This document shows, in pieces, positions 49,186 to 58,101 of a stretch of 64,000 nucleotides of DNA. Each line of letters starts with the position of its first letter. Position 1 is the first letter of the stretch. A program made the position numbers and the translations under genes. The stretch is from Spirochaetia bacterium (GTDB taxonomy: Bacteria; Spirochaetota; Spirochaetia; SZUA-6; Bin103): assembly GCA_965208575.1 (NCBI GenBank), contig CBDBOV010000003.1:640001-704000 (forward strand), in the 5' to 3' direction. Under the pieces are notes generated by a model. It did no database searches and had not been told where the DNA came from. It saw only the letters and a list, made by a program, of their open reading frames with translations.

Positions 49186-51753
49186 TCAGGCAGGATCGAG
49201 AGCGGCGAGCAGGCGGCGCTGGCGGTCGAGGCGCTGCGCGCGGTCGGCTGCGAACCGCTGCACGCCGGCGATGATCGATTCGGTGTCCAGGTGCGCCTCG
49301 GCGATCACGTCCGCCTCGGTGCCGCCGGTGAGCCAGCGCTGGTGCCAGTCGGAGGTCAACGAGTACTCGGTTACCAGCGGGCCGACGTCGCGCAGCGGCC
49401 ACATGCGCTGCGTGCCGGTGCTCACCACCATCAGGTCGGCGCGCGCCTCGGCGGGGAGCACGGCATCGCGATACGCCTGCGGCTGCCGGTCGAACAGCTC
49501 TTCGCTGACCGCGGCGACGATCTTCACGTTGATTCCGGCCTCCTCGAGCCGCGGGATCGCCTGCACGAGGTTGAAGGTGGAACTCGATCCCTGCACCACC
49601 ACGTAGCCGTGGCGCGGGCGGCCGGCGGCGAAGTCGCGGATCACGTAGAAGCCCTTGGCGGCCGCGTCACGGTCGCTGTCGGCGAACGTCGAGCGGTCGG
49701 CCACCGGGAAGTCGGGGCGCGCTACCTCGATGACGATGATGCCGACCTCCGCTTCGCGGGCGGCGATCTCGGCGGCGGCGAAGTACCCGGGCGCCACGTC
49801 GTTGTAGTCCCAGAAACTGAGCACGATCGCCTGGCCCTTCGGAAACAGGCGCCATACCTGCGGCGCGAAGATGCCGAAGTGGGTGCGCGCGTCGGCGGCG
49901 GTCTCGGGGCCGGAGTGGCCGGCGAGGATGTTCAGCACGCCGACGCGGAATGGGCTGTCCTGGTTCTGCTGGCTCCACACCCGCGCCGGCAGGTACATCA
50001 GTGGCGTAAACGCGCCGTAGCTGCCGCTCAGCGCCCACACGCCGCCGTGCACGGCGGCGTCGGGAGAGGCGCTCTGGCTGACCAGGCCAACGGCGGTGAG
50101 GGTGTTGCACGCCTCCTGGATGGCCGCCTTGAAGCGGGTGCCGGCGGGGTTGCGCACCGGGTCGTAGTGGCCGGTCAGCGAGCCGCCCTCGACGTTGATC
50201 GAACCGGACAGGTCGGCGGCCACGGTGACGAAGCGGTTGCCGGTGACGTGGTTCATCCACTTGATCACCTCGGAGATGGCACGCCGCGTGCCGGCCACCT
50301 CACCGGGCTTCTTGAACAGGTTGACGCTCACCTCGGACTGCTCGCCGCTGGTGGGGTGGGTTGCGGTGACCGTGGTCGGCTCGGACGGCAGCGCGCTCAC
50401 CCGCAGGCGGGCGTCCTGGAACGGATCGGTCCGCGCGTCGATGCGCAGCGGCATTTCGCTCGGGACGGTGTCGGCGATCTCCAGCAGGCGGTCGGCGAGC
50501 CAGTCGCCGAGTCCGTTCTTGTCCAGCGCGGACATCGCCACGTCGACGTTGGTCTTGAACTGGATCAGCCGCTCTCGCGGGTCGTCGACCGCGCCGTCGC
50601 GGATGCCCGAGAACGTCACCCCGAAGCGCCGCTCGAAGGTCTCGGCGAGCGCGACGAAGTAGGGCACGTTCATCTTCATCTCGTAGGGGTGGCTGTGGTA
50701 GCTGACCAACTGCTCGCCGAACCCGGGAATGGTGCCGTTGGCGGCGGCGGGCCACCAGCCCTTGGTGGTGCGTCCGACCACGATCATGGGGCGGCGGTCG
50801 TCCGGGTCCCACTGCTCCATCGCCCGCATGGCGGCGAGGATTTCGTCGTAGGAGTTGCCGTCGTCGAGGGATAGCACGTTCCAGCCGTAGGACGCCCATT
50901 GCTCGGCGATGTCGTACCCGTCCATGCCGTCCGGTATCACGCCGCCCTGCAGCCGGTCGTCGATGCCGGCGTTGTTGTAGGACAGCAGGATGCGCAGCCG
51001 CTTGCCCACCTGCTGGGCGACCGCCTGGGTCTTGAGCTCCTGGGCATGGCCGGCGGTCATGGCGAATTCCCCTTCCAGCGCCATCACCTTGAGTGATGAT
51101 GGTGCGCCGGCGAAGTCCCAGAACGCGGCCTTGCCGGCGGCGCTGCCGATGCCGATGCCGGACGGGCCGCCGTTTACGTCGTTGGTCACGTCGGTGGTTT
51201 CGGCGTGCCCCGCCAGCGCGCGGATGCCGCGCAGCCCGGCCTGGGCGAACAGCGGGTCGTCGGTCAGGCCGTGATCGGCAAGCAGCGTGGCGAGGGCGCC
51301 GGCGCCGCGCCGGAACCCGAGACAGTCGATCGACAGCAGCCCCAGTTCCGGATCCGCGTAGTAGCGGTCATCGCCGGTGGCGGCGTGGCGGCGTGCCAGC
51401 GCCTCGCCCATGATCATCCACAGCGCGTAGGCGGTGGGAATGTTGTGGCCGCCGGCGAGCAGGAAGCGGTCCGCGAACGGGTGCTTGGGATGGCGGTAGT
51501 CGTAGCGCAGCCCGCCGGCGTCCGGGCCCGCCAGGTGCAGCGCGACGTTATACGGCGTGTAGGCCAGCGGCCCGCCGAAATGGCCGGTCTGCGCGTAGTT
51601 GCCGAGCAGGGTGAGCGTCATGGCGGTCAGAAAGCCCACCTGCTCGAATCGTTCCGCGTCGTAGGCGGGAACCGGCATCGCCCGCTCGAGGCGTGTGTGC
51701 GGGCGTTCCCGCTCGCGAATGCCGACACTTGAAGTTCCGTTGGACCCTGCCAT
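49186..51753 (-). CDS. Transketolase-like ThDP enzyme (divergent, 855 aa)
   Basis: GHFGG, DRFLLAGGH, GHAE, GPSGIG, YNN, TTKG, ADLSGS, ADARTH; RBS AAGGAG before ATG 51753. Confidence 0.8.
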   Translation of the reverse strand: MAGSNGTSSVGIRERERPHTRLERAMPVPAYDAERFEQVGFLTAMTLTLLGNYAQTGHFGGPLAYTPYNVALHLAGPDAGGLRYDYRHPKHPFADRFLLAGGHNIPTAYALWMIMGEALARRHAATGDDRYYADPELGLLSIDCLGFRRGAGALATLLADHGLTDDPLFAQAGLRGIRALAGHAETTDVTNDVNGGPSGIGIGSAAGKAAFWDFAGAPSSLKVMALEGEFAMTAGHAQELKTQAVAQQVGKRLRILLSYNNAGIDDRLQGGVIPDGMDGYDIAEQWASYGWNVLSLDDGNSYDEILAAMRAMEQWDPDDRRPMIVVGRTTKGWWPAAANGTIPGFGEQLVSYHSHPYEMKMNVPYFVALAETFERRFGVTFSGIRDGAVDDPRERLIQFKTNVDVAMSALDKNGLGDWLADRLLEIADTVPSEMPLRIDARTDPFQDARLRVSALPSEPTTVTATHPTSGEQSEVSVNLFKKPGEVAGTRRAISEVIKWMNHVTGNRFVTVAADLSGSINVEGGSLTGHYDPVRNPAGTRFKAAIQEACNTLTAVGLVSQSASPDAAVHGGVWALSGSYGAFTPLMYLPARVWSQQNQDSPFRVGVLNILAGHSGPETAADARTHFGIFAPQVWRLFPKGQAIVLSFWDYNDVAPGYFAAAEIAAREAEVGIIVIEVARPDFPVADRSTFADSDRDAAAKGFYVIRDFAAGRPRHGYVVVQGSSSTFNLVQAIPRLEEAGINVKIVAAVSEELFDRQPQAYRDAVLPAEARADLMVVSTGTQRMWPLRDVGPLVTEYSLTSDWHQRWLTGGTEADVIAEAHLDTESIIAGVQRFAADRAQRLDRQRRLLAALDPA

Positions 51754-51923
51754 TGGCTGTTTACTCCTTGAATACGCCGCTGCGGACGTGCCCTCCGAGG
51801 GGCGAAGCGCCACCGCCACAGCCGACCTGCACTATAGGGGCAAAGCGAAGCGACCGGCAAGGTCCGTGACGGCGGTCCTGGTCCCCGCGACCGTCCCCAC
51901 CGGGGGCGCTGCAATCGGGTCCG

Positions 51924-52901
51924 CTAGGGGCTCTGCGCGCCGACCGTTTCCACGTAGACGGCGTACAGCGACTGGCTGGCGGCCATGAACAGGCGGTTCT
52001 TCTTGGCGCCGCCGAAGCACAGGTTGGCGCACCGCTCCGGCAGGTGGATCTGGCCGATCAACTCGCCCTCCGGGGAAAAGCAGTGCACCCCGTTGATGCC
52101 CTCGCCGCCGGCGGCGCCCGCCCACACGTTGCCGTAGATGTCGACCCGCAGGCCGTCGGAGTTGCCCGGGCTCATGTCCGCGAACACCCGCTGACCGCGC
52201 GCCCGGTTGTCGGCCACGTCGTAGCGGTAGATCACGCGCGGGGTACCGGGATGGTGCGAGATGCCGGTCTCCACCACGTACAGCCCGGCGAAGTCGGGCG
52301 TGAAGCAAATCCCGTTCGGCATCACCATGTCGTCGACCGCCACCGTGACCGCGCCGGTGGCCGGGTCGAGGCGGTACACGCGCGCCGGCAGCTCGTGCTC
52401 GGCCCAGTGGCCCTCGTACTGGTACAGGGTGCCGTAGCCCGGGTCGGTGAACCAGATCGAGCCGTCCGGGTGGGTGCACAGGTCGTTGGGCCCGTTCAGC
52501 GGCTTGCCGTCGAAGCGGTCGATCAGCACGGTGATCGAGCCGTCGTGCTCGGTGCGGGTGACGCGGCGGCTGTCGTGCTCGCAGGAAATCAGCCGCCCCT
52601 GCGCGTCGCGGAAGTTGCCGTTGGTGTTGTTGGAGGGCCGGCGGAACTCGCTGACCCGGCCGCCGGCGGCGTCGTAGCGCAGGATGCGGTTGTTGGGAAT
52701 GTCGCTGAACAGCAGGCAGTCGTGGTCGCCGAACCACACCGGGCCCTCTGCCCAGCGCGCGCCGGTGTACAGCCGCTCCACGGCCGCGTTGCCGATCCGC
52801 ATCCTTGCGAAGCGCGGGTCGTGCACCTGCACGGCGGGATCGGGATAGGCGACGATGCCGTTCCAGTCGCGTCCGGCGATCGGCGATTCAGTGGTGGCCA
52901 T
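51924..52901 (-). CDS. SMP-30/gluconolactonase family protein
   Basis: AEGPVW, FSDIP, PND, FTDP.YG, PNG, DGLRVD, NLCFGG. Confidence 0.92.
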   Translation of the reverse strand: MATTESPIAGRDWNGIVAYPDPAVQVHDPRFARMRIGNAAVERLYTGARWAEGPVWFGDHDCLLFSDIPNNRILRYDAAGGRVSEFRRPSNNTNGNFRDAQGRLISCEHDSRRVTRTEHDGSITVLIDRFDGKPLNGPNDLCTHPDGSIWFTDPGYGTLYQYEGHWAEHELPARVYRLDPATGAVTVAVDDMVMPNGICFTPDFAGLYVVETGISHHPGTPRVIYRYDVADNRARGQRVFADMSPGNSDGLRVDIYGNVWAGAAGGEGINGVHCFSPEGELIGQIHLPERCANLCFGGAKKNRLFMAASQSLYAVYVETVGAQSP

Positions 52902-52958
52902 GGCCGCAATATAGCACAGGCGACCGGCCGCGACGGCGGGTTCGGGGCGCTAACGGCG

Positions 52959-53510
52959 CTAACCGCTCAGCTTCTTGAGCTGCTCGATGATCTCGGACGT
53001 CTTCGGGCGGTCGCTGGTGCGCCGGCTGACGTGCGACCAGCGCACGATGCCGTCGGTGTCGATGATGAACGTGGCGGGGGCGGCCAGGCTGTCCCCGCGC
53101 AGGTTGTATACCCCGTAGGCGTCCACCACATCGGTGTCGCTGTTGTACAGCACCGGGAATTCGATGCCAACCTTGCCGACGATCGACTGCGCCCCCGACA
53201 GGTCGTCGGTGCTGATCGCCAGCACCTCTGCTCCCAGCTCGGTGATTTCCTCGTAGTGATTACTCAGCTCGACGAGCTGACGCCGGCAGTACGTTCACCA
53301 GAACGCGCGGTAGAACACCAGCACCACCGCGTGCTCTTCCAGGGTGGCGCTCAGGGAATGGGTGTCGCCGGCCGCGCTCGGCAGCTCGAAGTCGGGCGCG
53401 GCCGTTCCTGTCTCCGGGGTGGTCGCCATCAGTGTCGCAGGAATCACGCTTGCAAGCGCCAGCGCAACGAGTGATCGCCGCCACGCCGCGCGGCTGCCAG
53501 AGTTCCCCAT
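52959..53510 (-). CDS. Peroxiredoxin-like (AhpC/TSA/redoxin) selenoprotein with UxxC motif and signal peptide, 183 aa
   Basis: APDFELP...VVLVFYRAFW-TGA-TYCRRQL...VLAISTD...PATFIIDTDGIVRW. In-frame TGA at 53295-53297 occupies the catalytic Cys position. Confidence 0.9.
53264..53294 (-). promoter_or_regulatory. Putative bacterial SECIS element
   Basis: UGA-14 nt-UCAGCUC(GUC)GAGCUGA; perfect 7-bp stem with a G-first loop. Confidence 0.7.
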
Positions 53511-53516
53511 GCGCCA

Positions 53517-53545
53517 ACTATACCCGCCCGCCAGCGCGCCGGCAA
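53517..53545 (-). promoter_or_regulatory. sigma70 promoter, leaderless start of the selenoprotein gene
   Basis: TTGCCG-17-TATAGT, then 6 nt to ATG. Confidence 0.65.
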
Positions 53546-53924
53546 GGGAACCAGACGGGCCAAGCGGGGACCATCGGCGAATGCTCGGCGGACGCTCGAG
53601 CGCTCGGTCCACCGTACGGCTCGGAGCCTGCACCGATGCGTTGTTCCGCTGACCGCCGAGCTGCAGCCATCGCTCGCCGGCAAGCATACACTCGGAACGA
53701 GGTCTCGTGGAGCAAGACAACGAGCGCACGCGAGCGCCAACGGTGCCGCTCAAGCGTATCAAGATCGACCTCGCGCGGCCGATGAGGCGCAGCGAAGAAC
53801 AACCGGACCGCAGTGCCTGCGGTCGCAGCGACGGTGCGAAATTGTCACGCAATCCGCGCGATCCGGCGCGATCCCATACCCCGCTACTCGTGGTTCGGGG
53901 ATGTGGTACCATGCCGCAACCGAC

Positions 53925-54971
53925 ATGCCTACCTTCACTCCCGATCAACTCACCTCCCACGCGCAGCGTCTGCTTGGCGCGGCGGGTCTCGCTGACGACG
54001 AAGCCCGGCACATCGCCGGATCGCTGGTTCTGTCCAACTTGATGGGCCATGACTCCCACGGCGTCACGCGCCTGCCCCAATACCTGGGCGTCCTGGAACA
54101 AGGCGGTTTCGTGCCGGGCGTCACCATCGAGGTGGTGCGCGAAGCTCCGGCCTCAGCCGTGGTCGACGGCAAGTGGGGCTTCGGCCAGACGGTCGCCAGG
54201 CAGGCGATGGCGCTGGCCATCGAAAAGGCGAGGCAGACCTCGGTGGGGGTGGTGGAGGTGTTCAACTGCGGCCACATCGGCCGCCTCGGCGAGTACGTGG
54301 AGACGGCCGCGGCCACCGACATGATTGGCCTGGTGACCTGCAACAACCATGGCGGCGGGCTGCTGCAAGTGCCGTTCGGGGGTGCTCAGCCGCGCATGTC
54401 GCCCAATCCGATCTCGCTTGGCGTACCGACCGGCGGTGAGCTGCCGATCGTCGTCGACATGACCTCCAGCGTGGTGGCCGAGGGCAAGATCAAGATGAAG
54501 CGCAACCTCGGCGAGCCGATGCCGGACGGCTGGGCGCTCGACGCGGACGGACGCCCGATCACCGATCCGGAGCAGTTCTACGGCCCGCCGCGCGGCGCCA
54601 TCCTGCCGTTCGGCGGCGACAGCGCGCACAAGGGCTTCGCGCTCTCGATCCTGGTCGAAGTGCTGTCGGGCGCCCTCGGCGGTGCCGGCTACAGCCGCGA
54701 CGCCCAGACGCGCTGGGGCAATGGCGTGTTCATGATGGCGATCGACATCGCGGCGTTCATCGCCCCCGACGAGTTCAAGCGCGACACCGCGACGTTCGTG
54801 GACTGGCTGAAGAGTTCGGCGCTGATGGAGGGATTCGACGAGATCCTGCTGCCGGGCGAGCCGGAGACGCGCACCCGCCGGCAGCGGGAAGCCGACGGCG
54901 TGTACGTGGATGAACCCACCTGGCAGCAGATGACCGAGGCCGCCGCCAAGCTCGGCATCGAACTGGAGTAA
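53925..54971 (+). CDS. Ldh_2 family (malate/lactate/ureidoglycolate-type) oxidoreductase
   Basis: GHDSHG, HIGRLGEY, NPI, DMTSS, HKG.AL, LPGE. Confidence 0.9.
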   Translation: MPTFTPDQLTSHAQRLLGAAGLADDEARHIAGSLVLSNLMGHDSHGVTRLPQYLGVLEQGGFVPGVTIEVVREAPASAVVDGKWGFGQTVARQAMALAIEKARQTSVGVVEVFNCGHIGRLGEYVETAAATDMIGLVTCNNHGGGLLQVPFGGAQPRMSPNPISLGVPTGGELPIVVDMTSSVVAEGKIKMKRNLGEPMPDGWALDADGRPITDPEQFYGPPRGAILPFGGDSAHKGFALSILVEVLSGALGGAGYSRDAQTRWGNGVFMMAIDIAAFIAPDEFKRDTATFVDWLKSSALMEGFDEILLPGEPETRTRRQREADGVYVDEPTWQQMTEAAAKLGIELE

Positions 54972-54979
54972 GGCGGGCG

Positions 54980-56746
54980 TTACGCGAGCTGGAAGGGAGC
55001 TGCCTGGCGGCCGCCGTCCGGCAGCACCGAAGGGATGTGGACGTTCAGCAGGTAGGACCGCCGCTCTCGTTGGACCACCTCCAGGCCCGCCCGCAGCGCG
55101 TCCGGCAGCTCCTCCTCCGACCGCACGTCGCGGCCGTCCACTCCGTACGCTCGCGCCACCCCGACCAGGTCGATGCCGTCGAGCACCACCCCCGGCCATT
55201 CGCCGGCGGCTCCCATCGCGCCTTCGGAAGCGACCCGGACGAAGCTGCCGGCGACGACCCCGTAGCCGCCGTTGTTGGGCACCACGTACAGCACCGGCAC
55301 CCGGTGATGGGCCGCGGTCCAGAATGCGGTGTCCGCATAGAACACCGAGCCGTCTCCGACCACGCCGATCACCGGCACGTCGGGCGCCGCCAGCTTCACG
55401 CCGAGCGCGGCGCCCATGCCGTAGCCCTCCGAACCGCCCGCCTGCGGGATGTACTGCGAGCGGCCCGGCGGCTGAATACCGCCCATCCACGCCCACAGGG
55501 CGAAGTTCTCCATGGTGATGTTGGCGCCGCCGACCACCTCCGCCGCCTTGTGGATCTCGTCCGCCAGCACCCACGCGCGCACGGTGCCGTCCGGCGCCGG
55601 CGCCGCCGGGCGCGTGGCATGCCGCCGTGCGCGTTCCTCGGCCGCCGCCTGCAGGGCCTGCTCGCGCCGCGCGGCGAACGCGCTGCCGCTGCCGGACGCT
55701 GCGCTCCCCGCGCTCGCTGACGCATCCAGCCACCCCGACAGGCGTTCGAGCGTGCGCGCCTCGTCGGCCACCACCGCCGCGCTCAGCCCCTCCATGTTGG
55801 TGAGGTTCTCGACGTCGGGGCCCACCGCCACCAGCCGTGCGTGGGGGAACTTGCGGAGGGCCGCCGGCGCGCGCGAGAAGCTGTGCTGGCGCACGCCGAT
55901 CGCCAGCACGTAGTCGGGATCGAACGCCGCCAGGTCCCTGCAGTGCAGCGGATGGTTGGGCTGCACCGCGCGGTTGAACTGGTCGCCGTCGGCCACCCGC
56001 GCGCCGACCCGGTCGGCGAACGTGTTCAGCAGGTGCGCGGCGCCGCTCTTCCAGATGCCGTCGCCCACGTACAGCAGCGGGCGCTGCGCCTCGGCCAGCG
56101 CCCGCATCACTTCCTCGACTTCGGCGTCGCTCGGGTAGCCGGCGCGCAGCTCCGGCAGCGGCCCCTCAATGATGGAAGCGTCGATCGGCTGCATGCCGAT
56201 GGCGTCCTCGTAGATCGCCAGGTGCACGGGGCCGATCGGCGGCGTCATGGCGGTGAGCACCGCGCGGTACACGGCGTGGGCCAGCCCGGCCGGGTCGATC
56301 ACCGCCCAACTCGCCTTCACGTAGGGCGCCGACAGGTAGGTCGGGCCGAAGCTGTGGTCGATGTGGTGCCCCCAGCCGCGCTTGTCCACCGCGCTGCCGG
56401 TGTCGGCCGCGTAGGTCAGGGTCACCAGCGGCAGCTTGGCGTTCCACACGTTCAGCATCTGCCCCAACGACTGGCCGAGGCCGGCGTCCAGGTGGGCGAG
56501 CATCACCGCCGGCCGCGGCCCCACCTGGGCGTAGCCGCCCGCCATCGACGTGACCACGCCTTCGTGCAGCCCCAGGATGCCGTGCACCTCGGCGTGGCCG
56601 TACAACGCGTCGAAGAACGCCGCCTCATGGGAGCCGGTGTTGTTGAACACGTAACGGACGCCGAGGGCGGCGAGCTGCTCCACCACCACCTGCGACGGCG
56701 TCCCGGTAAACGGCCGGGAGGAACCTGCTGAGGTCAAACCACTCAT
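54980..56746 (-). CDS. ThDP-dependent enzyme (benzoylformate decarboxylase/acetolactate synthase superfamily)
   Basis: LGLHEG; VGDGS...NNGGY ThDP motif. Confidence 0.88.
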   Translation of the reverse strand: MSGLTSAGSSRPFTGTPSQVVVEQLAALGVRYVFNNTGSHEAAFFDALYGHAEVHGILGLHEGVVTSMAGGYAQVGPRPAVMLAHLDAGLGQSLGQMLNVWNAKLPLVTLTYAADTGSAVDKRGWGHHIDHSFGPTYLSAPYVKASWAVIDPAGLAHAVYRAVLTAMTPPIGPVHLAIYEDAIGMQPIDASIIEGPLPELRAGYPSDAEVEEVMRALAEAQRPLLYVGDGIWKSGAAHLLNTFADRVGARVADGDQFNRAVQPNHPLHCRDLAAFDPDYVLAIGVRQHSFSRAPAALRKFPHARLVAVGPDVENLTNMEGLSAAVVADEARTLERLSGWLDASASAGSAASGSGSAFAARREQALQAAAEERARRHATRPAAPAPDGTVRAWVLADEIHKAAEVVGGANITMENFALWAWMGGIQPPGRSQYIPQAGGSEGYGMGAALGVKLAAPDVPVIGVVGDGSVFYADTAFWTAAHHRVPVLYVVPNNGGYGVVAGSFVRVASEGAMGAAGEWPGVVLDGIDLVGVARAYGVDGRDVRSEEELPDALRAGLEVVQRERRSYLLNVHIPSVLPDGGRQAAPFQLA

Positions 56747-56791
56747 GTGCAGTGTTGTATCACATCGCCCGCGAATCGCAAGCTTGGCTGG

Positions 56792-57379
56792 TCAGGAGTG
56801 GGGCGGCGAATCCGCGTCCGGAAACGGGTCGGTCATGCCGGCCGGGAGGGGCACTTCGAAGGCGTTCAGGACCACCGAGACCAGGCAGTAATAGCCGATG
56901 ATGGTGACCAGCTCGATGACGCCGTTTTCCCCGAGCAGGTCGACGGCGGTCCGGTAGGTGGCATCGTCGATGCGATGGTCGCGCACGAGCTGCACGGCCA
57001 GGTCGTGGCCGGCTGCCTGATCGGCCGGCAGCGACGGTGTGCCGCGCCGGCGAATGGTCTCGACGGCAGCCGCATCGACTCCCGCCGCCACCGCCATCGG
57101 ACCATGCATCGCAAACTCGAACTTCGCGCGGTAGTAGGCGCCGACGACGCAGATCGCCACCTCTCGTACCTGGTCGCTCAGCGACGTGTCGAACCGGGCA
57201 GCGGCACCGAGCTGCTGCGCAGGCATGCCGATCGTTGGCGACCGCACCCACACGCTGAATGGTCCGCGCAGGCCGATATTCGGATCCGCGCCACCACGCG
57301 GGCCGGAATTGATCGCGTCGAGCACGGCGCGTTGTTGATCGGTCAGCTGATCGATGTCGAGCACTGGCAGTCGAGCCAT
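56792..57379 (-). CDS. Carboxymuconolactone decarboxylase/AhpD-like family protein
   Basis: GPF..W.RSP, REVAIC, FEF..H, GV.ELV..IGYY. Confidence 0.85.
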   Translation of the reverse strand: MARLPVLDIDQLTDQQRAVLDAINSGPRGGADPNIGLRGPFSVWVRSPTIGMPAQQLGAAARFDTSLSDQVREVAICVVGAYYRAKFEFAMHGPMAVAAGVDAAAVETIRRRGTPSLPADQAAGHDLAVQLVRDHRIDDATYRTAVDLLGENGVIELVTIIGYYCLVSVVLNAFEVPLPAGMTDPFPDADSPPHS

Positions 57380-57435
57380 GGCCCATTATGCCACCGTTCC
57401 AAGCAGACGTGGCGAGCTGTCGCGAGTTTCGACAA

Positions 57436-57465
57436 TTGACATCAGTTACAGTGCCCTGCTACGAT
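57436..57465 (+). promoter_or_regulatory. Candidate sigma70 promoter facing SBP5
   Basis: TTGACA-18-TACGAT with an extended TG. Confidence 0.5.
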
Positions 57466-57559
57466 TGGAAACTCGAAGCCATGCGCCGGCACCGTATATT
57501 ATACGACGACAAGCTACCCCCCCCCCTCCAGCCCGGGGCAACTCTTTATACGAAAAGCC

Positions 57560-57624
57560 ATTAACCGATCCGGCTGATCGCCCGGTACGCGACCCCGCGC
57601 ACGCCGTCGCCTTCACCACCGCCG
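57560..57624. repeat. Dispersed ~65-bp repeat, copy 2
   Basis: Matches 25441-25504. Confidence 0.85.
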
Positions 57625-58101
57625 TAGCTATCGGTGGCGCCGGCTCGGTCCATCGCCGAACCGGCATGCTGGCCGCCCGCGCCCTTCCCGGCGACCGCAA
57701 CGGTGCCGGATCCCCGCCCCGAACTCACCGTCACAGAACCGACCGTCGGCGTCGCCGGTCAATCACATTCGTTGCTCGGCCGACCAGCGCCCCGCGTGGC
57801 GTTATGACGCAGGTGCCAACGTCCGCCGAGCGGTCGGTGTTTGCATGATGGCGCGCGCACGCGGATCCCATGGTCCGTCAGGCATCTCGCAGGGCACCCA
57901 ACGTCCCAAGAAGGAGGTGAAGATGTTACCGAAAGAACCGCACGCGCGCGCGGCGTGAGCTGGGGTGAACCCGGTGAGTCACACGCCGCGCGCTTCAGCC
58001 ATTTGACTCAAAATGGCCGTCTGCGTTGCGGGCGCGAGAGTAGCCAGGGAGCGGCAAGCCGCTACGCAATACTCTCGAAAAATCCACATACGGAGGAACG
58101 T

